A stretch of 64,000 nt of DNA from Takakia lepidozioides (Eukaryota; Plantae; Bryophyta). The stretch spans positions 50,158,001 to 50,222,000 of the forward strand of contig CM060733.1 in assembly GCA_030704615.1 (NCBI GenBank). The letters are read 5' to 3'. The notes under the pieces were generated by a model. The model saw nothing but the letters and a program-made list of their open reading frames with translations. It was not told where the DNA came from and ran no database searches. This document shows positions 1 to 9,735 of this stretch, piece by piece; within the stretch, counting starts at the first letter, position 1; each line of letters starts with the position of its first letter. A program made the translations under genes and the position numbers.

Positions 1-1385
1 CCGCATGTGCGTTTCACTTCCAAGATGGAGTGCATGTCTGATCCTCTTCCGATTCGTTTCTTGCAGCTGACAATGTGGTTCCTGACATTGGGGCTGCACA
101 CATGGGAGACAGCTTCCAGCAGGTCCTTCATGTCCCCCTCGCCCAGCTTCTCTCTTGTGCTTCCGTCCTCCGACATTATTCTGCCAATTGCAATCCTATG
201 TGCCGATGCGAGCTGTATCTGCTTTGGTTTTGCACCCGGCCTCAACCTCACCTCCTCCTTGATAATATCCTGGGCTTGTTGAAAAGCGACTCTGCAATTG
301 CCTCTGGCGAGGGGGTGCTCATGCTTTCCGATGTGAATGCATGCTCTGGTGCACGCTGGGCCGACGGTCCCGACGTAGTACTGCTTGGCGTTGCACACTG
401 CCATGCACGTAGGGGCTGCGTTGCAATGGGCACACTTGAACGTCCCTGCAGGAACTCTACCTTGAGGCCAAAATGGGGTCGACGAATTGCCAATCCAGTC
501 AGTCTCATTCCTGGTGCCTTTGCTAGTGTAATGGTAACATGTGCTCGAGAAACATTTAAGATGCCCAGCACACAATACATATCTCACTCGAACTCCATCA
601 CCCAGGTTGGACGATGAAGTTTTGGTGACACACCAAGGGTGGCCGTCATGTTTCCTGTTCATTCCTGCGAGCATGCCGTCTGGGCCTGCGCCTGCCGGCA
701 CTGGAGGGAACTCGTAGATAGCATTCCCATCCACAACATCAGGCAAAGTTTCCACAGAATGGATTGGAGTTTTGTCGTAATCAAGCCTAAGAAGGTCACT
801 GGAGCGGGAACCCGTTGTCTTCATCCTCCGCAATATGTCGATTACTGAGCGGACGGAAGTTGAGTCGGACGGTGTATGCTGAACACTCCTAGTGACGGAC
901 GACTTCGAAACATACGATGGAAGGACCATACAGTCTTCATCGTCACTGGATAAGTCCTGGACGACTGTTTCCCTGTTTTCCTGGATTTCCCTTTTCACAT
1001 GTTTGGGCTTCTCTGCTTGTGAAGAGGTGCCCACATCCTTCACATCTTGCACGCCAGACCCTCTTGTGGAAGGAGGATCAACCAAGTTCCAGCGTGGGAA
1101 CTCTTTAGGCACGATTTCACCAATGGCACTGTACCGGATGGATTCAGAAGCTGGGAGCCGCCACTCTTTGCCTTTTCCGAAATCTGCATGCAGAATGACG
1201 GCACTTTCCAGAAAATTTCCATAAGCATCCTTCGTCTCCTCTTCCAAAAACACCGTTCCAGGGCGGAGCCCGAACTTCACACACAAGTACTGCTCAGTGA
1301 CAATCGCAAATCCTTGGTCGCAGGGTATTTTAGCTTTCAGAGAATCAGGATGGAAGTACACGTTGACCCAAACACGGGAGTCCAT
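1..1385 (-). CDS. N-terminal about 460 aa of a MULE-type transposase with a GCM/WRKY-fold zinc DNA-binding domain; the ORF runs off the window start, so it is absent from the ORF track
   Basis: Manual translation from ATG 1385 is open to position 1: MDSRVWVNVYFHP...GMNRKHDGHPWCVTKTS...RYVLCAGHLKC...C...FKCAHC...CMAVC...ACIHIGKHEHP. The Cys/His spacing resembles the GCM domain. GMDKKHDGHPWCMTKTS occurs in the 30055-31203 ORF. Confidence 0.75.
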   Translation of the reverse strand, partial: MDSRVWVNVYFHPDSLKAKIPCDQGFAIVTEQYLCVKFGLRPGTVFLEEETKDAYGNFLESAVILHADFGKGKEWRLPASESIRYSAIGEIVPKEFPRWNLVDPPSTRGSGVQDVKDVGTSSQAEKPKHVKREIQENRETVVQDLSSDDEDCMVLPSYVSKSSVTRSVQHTPSDSTSVRSVIDILRRMKTTGSRSSDLLRLDYDKTPIHSVETLPDVVDGNAIYEFPPVPAGAGPDGMLAGMNRKHDGHPWCVTKTSSSNLGDGVRVRYVLCAGHLKCFSSTCYHYTSKGTRNETDWIGNSSTPFWPQGRVPAGTFKCAHCNAAPTCMAVCNAKQYYVGTVGPACTRACIHIGKHEHPLARGNCRVAFQQAQDIIKEEVRLRPGAKPKQIQLASAHRIAIGRIMSEDGSTREKLGEGDMKDLLEAVSHVCSPNVRNHIVSCKKRIGRGSDMHSILEVKRTC

Positions 1386-1575
1386 TTTGAAGACGGGACC
1401 TCTCGGTACGCTCCGCAGCGAAGTCCTGCAATGAGAAGAGTGTGTCCTACCTAATAACACAAATGATTTTCTGGAGGATTCCGTATCCAACATGATGGGT
1501 GATCAGTGCACGTAAAGATGAAGGTGTGTAACGTACGTTAAAAAAACGGACGAAAACAGCAAGTTCACATCGGAT

Positions 1576-3637
1576 ATTTGGTGCCTGAATTGTAATGTAC
1601 AACCACTTGGGGTACAATAAATCAGGCCTTCCCATGAATTTCGGCACCGAAATCTGGATGAACATCTCTGTCATGTAACAGCTTTGGAAGCCAAGGGATG
1701 AATTCTGGCAACAGAAATCGTAATTTGTTTACCTCATTAAACTGACCAAGCACCCAACGGATGGATTTCGGTGCCGAAATTCGGATGAACTTCTTCTTCA
1801 TTAAATTGTATCTGCACATATGGGTTGAATTTAGATGCCAAAATACGGATAAATGTGTTCCTGATTACAGTCGTGATTGACCACGTGTCCGGATATCGGT
1901 GCCGACTTCCGAATGACAGTAATCCTGATTCGGCAGAATGGATGTATTTCGGCGCCGAAATTCATTCTTCATCTCCTTTTCCGACCCTAATTCTGCTGCC
2001 CTGCGTATGGATTTCGGTGCCAGAATTCATCGGAAGTCCTTTCTGTTTTTATTTTTCTTTGCGACAGATGAACTTTGGCGCCGAATCTCATCCAAGTACT
2101 CCCTTTTAATTTTCCTTTTTCTTCGAGAGCAATGAATTTCGGCGCCGAAATTCAACCAAAATCCTCCCGATTTTTTTTTTTCTTCGCGAGCATTGAATTT
2201 CGGCGCCGAAATTCATTCCAAGTCCAGGAGATATTTTTTATTTTCCTTCGCGAGCAATGAATTTCGGCGCCGAAATTCATCCGAAGTCCTCCCGTATTTT
2301 TTTATTTTCCTTCGCGAGCAATGAATTTCGGCGCCGAAATTCATCCGAAGTCCTCCAGAAATTTTTTTTTCCTTCGCGAGCAATGAATTTCGGCGCCGAA
2401 ATTCATCCGAAGTCCTCCAGAAATTTTTTTTTCCTTCGCGAGCAATGAATTTCGGCGCCGAAATTCAGCCGACTTCATCCCTCCAAATTCTTTTCAGGGT
2501 TTTAGCGCCGGATTTCGGCGCCGAAATTCATCCAATGCCTTCCCTCCAATATTTATTTTTCTTTGAAATGGATCAATTTCGGCGCCGAAATTCATCCTTA
2601 CTGTCCGCAATGAGTAACTCTAATATTACATTTTCTATGCGACGGATGAATTTCGGCGCCGAAATTCGTCCAAACCCGGCACTTACTTTTTGCTTTTGGA
2701 TGATAATTTTCCGTAAATCGTTGGAAATACCCCGTTCCGACGAATATAACAGGAATATTCTGCATTTAATGGAGAAATCGGCATATTAAACCACTTCTGT
2801 CAAAATTAATTGCATTTTAGCCGTTTTTTTTCATTTGAAACCGACAGTATCCATGAAGTGGTCTTTTTCGCACGGGACGTTGCCGCACATAAAGTATAAT
2901 TTCGGCGCCGAAATTATAGTTAAATGTCCAGAAATGGCAAGTCCAACAGGCATGGACAGCATCCGTCAGGGGCAATGATGGCGGCAAAGCATAGCATCGT
3001 GCCGATTTAGTCTTCGCTCTGGATGAATTTCGGCGCCGAAATATGGATGATTTCACCTCGTCTACGCGCGGACGGACATATTCGTAATGAATTTCGGCGC
3101 CGAAATATGGATGAAATGTGCCGAAGTGCAGCCGTTTCCGTTGTCCCGGAATTAATTCCGGCTCCGATATCCCACCGACAGGTTTGCTCATGACGAATGA
3201 GGACTTGGGAAGCGATGAATTTCGGCGCCGAAATATGGATGATTTCACCTCGTCTACGCGCGGACGGACATATTCGTAATGAATTTCGGCGCCGAAATAT
3301 GGATGAAATGTGCCGAAGTGCAGCCGTTTCCGTTGTCCCGGAATTAATTCCGGCTCCGATATCCCACTGACAGGTTTGCTCATGACGAATGAGGACTTGG
3401 GAAGCGATGAATTGCGGCGCCGAAATTTGTAAGTTTGTGTATGAAAGCACTTGAATAGGATGAATTTCGGCGCCGAAATTCATCCGTCCGCTGATGAAAC
3501 GTACCGACCTGACTGTTGAATGTCATATGCAGGGGATTTTCATGGCGGTTGGGTTTCATGATGTGCGGATATTTCATTCAATGCCGGCTGCTCCGGGAAC
3601 CGCATCCGGTGAACGGAACGTATTTCGGTGCCGCAAT
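1576..3637. repeat. Array of about 28 palindromes ATTTCGGCGCCGAAAT (up to 28-bp GGATGAATTTCGGCGCCGAAATTCATCC), mostly 61-65 bp apart, between the divergent transposase and accessory genes
   Basis: Copies start at 1638, 1765, 1829, 1893, 1946, 2011, 2072, 2136, 2197, 2261, 2325, 2387, 2449, 2512, 2576, 2650, 2899, 3027, 3091, 3155, 3219, 3283, 3347, 3411, 3464 and 3622, some degenerate. Includes a 192-bp direct duplication at about 3020-3410. Confidence 0.95.
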
Positions 3638-4147
3638 TCGGATAAACCGTCATACACTGGTGGCTGGAACTGGCACGCGTCGTGTTCCAGTCGACTTCAT
3701 CCGTGCGAACGTGTCAGGGGTCACAATCTCTTCATCACCCATACGGCAGAAAGTGGTGGACGGTGGCAACGCTTCGGGAGACGTGGCTGCTTACGCATCT
3801 GCTCGTGCATAGTGGTTGCATGTTCCACCGCTTCGCTCTCTCGCTCCTTGCCCTTCTGCAGTGACGTTCTCCTGCGTTTCCTCTCCTTATGCGGCATAGT
3901 GGTAGCATAGAGTTTGTGGAAGGTCAGGCGACTCCGGCAAAGAGGAGGACGCGGGATTTTGGGAAGCCGCCGACGACACGACTTAAGCTCCGTCTCATGC
4001 ATGAAATGCAGACGTCGTTATCCGGAGACTCGGATCGCCCACCAGTGAGAGATTCGTGCTTCGCGGATGTGAAGCACTCCATACGCAATATTCCTTTTAC
4101 ACCTTTGTTTTGGCGTGCAGTGTCTCATGTTTTCCTGTTTGTTTGAC

Positions 4148-7100
4148 ATGGGAGCTGGGGAGGGATCGCAGGGGGGCGAGGCAACACAGTCAACTTTGGA
4201 TACTCCTGCCCGGGTGCTGCGCTCACAAGGTGGAAGTGCATCGAGGCAGACGAGTCCTCATTCAACACCTCAGATATCGCCTCCGAAAAGCCCACCTAGA
4301 GTTCGGAAGCCGAGAAAGCAGAAGGAGCCCATGGCTTCGCCAGTAAAACCCCTAGGGAGACTGGAAGCGGAGATATTGGGTTTGCAGTCAATTTCAGAAA
4401 ACACAGATGCGGTGGAGGCCGCTGGAGATGTGGGAGTCGGATCTGCAGAAGGGCGGCCCATTCAACTGACAGAAGGAGAGGACGATAACGTGGTACGACT
4501 TGGCGACGATCAGAACCTGCTGGAGCTTGCGGAGGAGCAAAACCTCCAGGACAGTGAGAGGGGTGAGGGAAGTGACAGAGGTGATACAAGTAAGAAACTG
4601 GTGGCGGGTATGCTCATGAGCGCACGAGACATGAACATAGCAGCAAACAGGTTGCTGGCAGAGACTCATAGCAACATAGGCCGCGTTTTGGGCTCCATGG
4701 TGTATCCCGAGAACCTTAAAGTTCCTTTGTGTCGCATGGTAAGCCTTCCAGTTGTAAGGCAAGCACTGCCAGGGGATATCGATCGACTGAAGCACAACTT
4801 CAGAGAAGGGTACAGACGGGGGTCGGCAGCATTCTACGTTTCCATTGAGAATGACCAGGGTGTCACAAGGGGCCCCACTGCAGAGGAGCTTCAGAATTGG
4901 GGCCCCCACTGGCACACTGTTAATGCCGAGTTTGAAGCCTATCTGAAGACTAATCCCACATTCGCACACATGGAAGGGAAGATGTTCTTCGTTTGGGACG
5001 GGAACCACAGGATGCTTGCCTGGACAGAGTACATTGCTGAAATGCATCCGCAAGATATCAGTTGGCATTACATGGTGGACTGCATTGTCGTGAAGGTGGA
5101 CGTCAGGGACAGAGGACTGTTGAAGGGTGCCATGGCGGATATAAATCTGTAAGTATACAATTACATCCTTGTGTACTGCCTATTGCGGCGCCGAAATAGG
5201 CAATGTTCACCACTGTCATGCACTCTATGAACTGGAAATTGGATTGCTGTGCCGAAATCATATTTTCATGTTGTTTTTTTTCTCCATGGCAGGGTAACAG
5301 AGAGGGCCTTCGTGGAAACTCATCTGGCACATACGCTCTACAGAGTGCAAGAAGTGGGGACAGCTCCGCTGACGGACTTCCAAAAGTCCCTCGATCCCGA
5401 GCTGTACAGGAAGTCCCTAGCGAAAGCAGATCGCACCTGGTACCGACCAACACTGGACGCCATGGTGGAGATCCTCTATTCGGTGAGGTTCATCTCAAAT
5501 TTCAGTATCAATTTAATGTTATTTGTTGCAGGGATCCGTGGCCTGACTGTATCTGCTGGGTATGGGAATGCAGACGAACATCAGGGATGACTTGGCCTAT
5601 GCCAAAAGGCAGTTCTTTGAGAATGATGCCCCCAACAAGGCGGACGCGTCGATAGAGAGTCATATTGTGCAGGCAGGGAAGCAATCCCGGACCAAGTACA
5701 GGTCCAAACTTGTTAAGCAAGTTGCAATCGCTGACCCTGGTCTTGGTGCCGAGTTCCTGGCGGAGATAGGACTGCATTACTCCAGACCCATGAAACCGGA
5801 AATGTCCATGGAGAAACTTCATCACATCGCAGTGTCCTGTGTTGAGCCGGCGGAGAAGGTAAGCATGTGTTTATTCTTGTTTTGTGACTTCTCGCGATTC
5901 TTATGTTGGAGCTCTTGTCTGACCGATGTGAGGTGGCTGCAGACGAGGTGGCTGCGAATCTGGAACGGCCATACAAACACGAAGCTGCTGTACCACTTTC
6001 CCATCGAGCCAACAGACGACAAAATGAACGACTGGCTCAATGTCATGACTTGGTGGCATCAGGTATAATTTTCTCCTATTCTGTGTTGGACATCGTCGCA
6101 ATTTCAAAATCATGAATGTTTTGGAAACCTGCCATGATGCAGGTACTGACCCACGCCCAGGAGCAATTGGACTGCAACACCACCACTTTCAAGTTACAGA
6201 TCGACTGGACGAAGCCTGAGACAATGGAGAACTACGTGCAGTCGTGGCGAGGGCGCTTCGCAAACCTCTTTTTCAGAGAAATTGCAAAGGCAAGACGCAG
6301 CGTATACATCGAAGAGCAGGAGGGTGCCGACAAAGCGGCAATGCGTGTCCTGTTCAGGTAATCTGCTGACAATGCATCCCCCTATTTGCAGTTTAGATGA
6401 TTTGGTTAAGCAGCGATGGATATTGCGGCGCCGAAATATACCTCTGCAAGATGTGAGTTCTGGGTAATTGGGGCACGGTCCACTCCGTATTTCGGTGCCG
6501 AAATACCTTGTGCATTGACAACTTCCACTTGCATGATGCATCGGTAGAATGATTTTTGTTGAACTGCCTCGTGATTGCAGGTACATAAACTTTGCACTCA
6601 TTCCGTCCGGAGCCATTCAAAGGGTTCCACCATTCTTCCTGGCGTGGAGGACACCTGGAGGTCGTGGAACGATGTACACAGAAGTAATGGCGAAGGAGTG
6701 GCATGCCGAGCATTTGGTAAACTGCCCCTGGTATGTGGATCTCCCAAGTGGGACCGTTGACCTCTCGGAGGTTAACTTGAAGAAGGAAGCGAATGCCAGG
6801 GCTATGAAGGCGCAATCGGATCCCCAACCAGAGGACGCGGAAAGACTGAAAGCAGAGGAGGCAGCCAAGCAGAAAGCACTGAGAAAGTCAGCCAAGGCGG
6901 CAGCGTTGGCGAAGGAGCAGATGGAGAAGCAGGCAGCTGAGCAGCCCAAGGACAGGAAGAAAAGAACGCGCAAACAGGGGCAAGAGACGAAGACCCCCAC
7001 ACCCAAGAAGAAGAAGCAGCAACACAGTCAGCCAGATGAGGAGGATTCGGACGACGATTTCCAGCAGGAAAACACCCAGGGGGCCACACCTCGTCCGAAA

Positions 7101-9044
7101 ATTCACAAGGGCCAGCGCTCCGGGGGTCGGCTGCGAAGAGATCACTATACGAGGATGCACCTGGCAGACCCTACCGTGCGGTGCAGATTGCGGGCAGGGA
7201 AGTCCTCAAAACACCCACAATTGTGGAGTGTGTTAATGAAAATTTCCTAACTGCTCTGACCAGAAGGCTGGAGATAACGAGTTTGAGGAAGGCGATCGAG
7301 GCCCACCAGGGGAAGGGGAAGAGGAAGGCCACTGGCAATGATATGGAGGACACTCCTGGCTACACAAAGATGATGGAGTATTTTGTGGCGATGAGCCACG
7401 GCAAAAAGAGCACAGTCGGGGGCAGGGCGGTGAAAGCCTCCATCGACATGATCCTTGTGGATATCCCGGATGGGCAGGAGATACTGGGGCTGGGCTCAGT
7501 TCCCTGGTGGAACAAGTACGACGAACGATACTGGAGCCACACATTCGGGTTCGCAGCCAACATGTTGGACGACGTTGGCTGTGTTGTTGTGCTAGCAGCC
7601 GATGGAGAAGTCACTGAGAATGATATCAAAGTATGGACGGGGAGAAGTGCAGCACCCATCCTGAAAAAGATCTGGACTTGCATCAACACGCAGGGTCTTC
7701 TCAACGATGGCCAGAAGGTATGCTGTGGTTCTCCTCTGCTATGTCAATTTCTGGGCCGAAATTGCCCCTGTACATGTAGGCCACCTCTGACGTTTTCATT
7801 TCCTTCTCTGCAGACTCTTATCTTTCAGGCATTTTGCTTCGTGAAGGAACATTCGAAATTCAAATTACGTGAAGCAGGAAGACTTGTTGATTCCACAGTT
7901 GATCCACTGGAGTATAACGTCCTGTTCAACCATGTGGGAGAGAAGGACATTCTTTGTGATTTGTCGGGCAAGCCATGGAGGTATGGCAGGACCAGGAGTC
8001 CTGCATTCATCCAGACGCTCATGGAAACGTGTACGGATGTTGAAGGCAGGGTCCTTGACGTCACTGCAAATACAGGTGAGAACGTTAATTGAATGCGGCA
8101 CCGAAATTGACACCATTTCCGTTTCTGTATGTTTGCTTGTGCGAGGAAGCGACTCATTCTTGAGTTTGGCTGTGGTTGTCGTATGAATTCGCAGGTGCCT
8201 GTATGTGGGCGGGAAGGATGTCGAACCGATTTGTGTTCTCATTTGAGGGGGATACGGCCTTGTACGATTACAATTTGGCGGGCCTTCAGCGTCTGCCTCC
8301 GACTGAGGATCCCAAAAACGCAGAAGAGGACGTGGAAGGAGAGGAGGAAGATGAAGAGGAGGAAGTCCGGGAAATTCGTTCGATGCAGGGGCGCCCGAAG
8401 CCGCTTCCCCCAATGCCTGTCTTCGAGTGAGTTGCACCATAGTAAGTGTATTGGTTTCGGTTGTAGGGACCATGCAACCTGCCGATGATTCCCTGTTTGA
8501 ATTCTCTAATGTACTTCATTCTATGTTTGTGCGTACACTCAGCCTTGCAGAGTCGTCCGACGAGGAGAAGCTGGGAGACTTGCTCGAATCGGACCCTGTT
8601 GCAGAGGAGGAGACAGAATCGCATCGGCCATTCTTTGCCAGAAAATCGTTTCTCGCGAGTCCCCAGAAGCCCTTTTTTCTACCAGCCTATGCAGACACGG
8701 CTGCCAAAGAAGCCATCAGGAGGGAGGATAGGCCTACTCGGTTAGAGCAATTGACATACGGGAATGAGCAGAGAATTATAATGAGGCGTGAGGCCAAACA
8801 TAGAATTGTGAAAGGCAGAGTAGGGAAGTTCGTAATAGAATCCGCGTCCGAGAGCGAGGGGAATGTCGAGGACACTTCCGCACCCAGGTGGACAGTTCCG
8901 GCTGGTGAGGATGGTATTTTTGAGGGGAGGGCTTCTCAGAGTAACAGCGGTAGCGGCAGTGCAGGTTCGGAGGCAGGTGGAAGGCAGCCATCCTTGCATG
9001 AGGGCGGGGATGCATCGGACAGTGATAGCGGATCCTCACCATAG
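4148..9044 (+). CDS. 9-exon MULE accessory gene, about 1314 aa: ParB/Srx-like N-terminal domain, helical region, K/E-rich linker, beta-class N4/N6 DNA methyltransferase-like domain with degenerate catalytic motif, acidic tail
   Basis: Phase-consistent GT-AG model: 4148-5148, 5293-5482, 5574-5858, 5943-6062, 6143-6357, 6581-7717, 7814-8075, 8195-8426, 8543-9044; it needs one extra G in the G-run at about 7079-7083. ParB-like: VRQALPGDIDRLKHNF...FFVWDGNHRMLAW. MTase-like: SIDMILVDIPD (motif IV position), RSPAFIQTLMETCTDVEGRVLDVTANTGACMWAGRMSNRFVFSFE (motifs X-I-II). Confidence 0.75.
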
Positions 9045-9291
9045 CAAAGTCTCATTTGGATCCTTTTGTTGTACAGTTCTGAAACACTTAATGAATATAT
9101 TGACGATTTGAAAAATCATTGTGTTCAGACTGCTTGTCCATTCCCTACATTTCTTCCGCCAACCAAAATCTATAATAAAAGCAGAAGAGACGCAAACTTC
9201 AGTGAAGAACCCTACAAGTAATTTATGCACACCATCGACCCGGGAACTTGAAGCCATGAAAACCCTGCCGTTTCTAACATTCCTATTGGGA

Positions 9292-9571
9292 AATTTGGCG
9301 CCGAAATAGCCCAGTTTGCGCCTTCGTTATATGGGCCTCAAAAATTCCACGGATGAATTACTGCACCAAAATATTGCGATGGAAGCCTTCAGCACAAGGC
9401 ACTTCACCACATTCCACTTGGGTATTTCGGCGCCGAAATTGCCCGTTCTGCGCCTTTAAATACCGCACTATATCACATTTTAAGAGGTAATTTCGGTGCC
9501 GAAATACCCCGGTGGATGTCTTCAAAACACCATTTTAGCACACTGCTCTTGGGAATAACGGCGCCGAAATT
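9292..9571. repeat. Five more copies (some degenerate) of the 16-bp palindrome downstream of the accessory gene, 65-67 bp apart
   Basis: Copies at about 9292, 9357, 9424, 9490 and 9556. Confidence 0.85.
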
Positions 9572-9669
9572 CCTCATTCCGCATCCTGGACCAGGAGAAA
9601 CAGACCCTATTACCGAGGTAAGAGGACATAACACCGTCAATAAAGGCAGGAAAATTCCAATTCCGCGGA

Positions 9670-9735
9670 TGCCCGCTCATGAGCTCATAGGCTCATAGGC
9701 TCATGGGCTCATGCGCTCATGAAATAGTAAACCTC
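9670..9735. repeat. MULE-1 right terminus with iterated GCTCAT motifs (putative transposase-binding region)
   Basis: GCCCGCTCATGAGCTCATAGGCTCATAGGCTCATGGGCTCATGCGCTCATGAAATAGTAAACCTC; same architecture as the GCTCAC-rich ends of MULE-2. Confidence 0.65.

Larger units (their letters stand above)
1..9735 (-). mobile_element. MULE-1: Mutator-like DNA transposon with GCM-type transposase, palindrome array and divergent accessory gene; left end outside the window
   Basis: Minus-strand transposase is homologous to those at 29675-30939 and 13814-15385. The right end (iterated GCTCAT, then GAAATAGTAAACCTC at 9735) parallels the MULE-2 end (GCTCAC...GGAATAGCACCCCC). The sequence switches abruptly to gypsy pol at 9736. 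Confidence 0.75.

Noticed and set aside
1825-3577. Short ORFs with MNFGAEIH or FRRRNS repeats
   Set aside because: They are translations of the palindrome on both strands.
1576-3637. CRISPR array (24-28-bp palindromic repeats with about 36-40-bp spacers)
   Set aside because: No cas genes; eukaryotic TE context; many spacers are copies of each other; repeats also occur singly in introns.
7420-8250. Active restriction-modification methyltransferase or bacterial contamination
   Set aside because: Spliceosomal introns, degenerate catalytic motifs and no nuclease partner.
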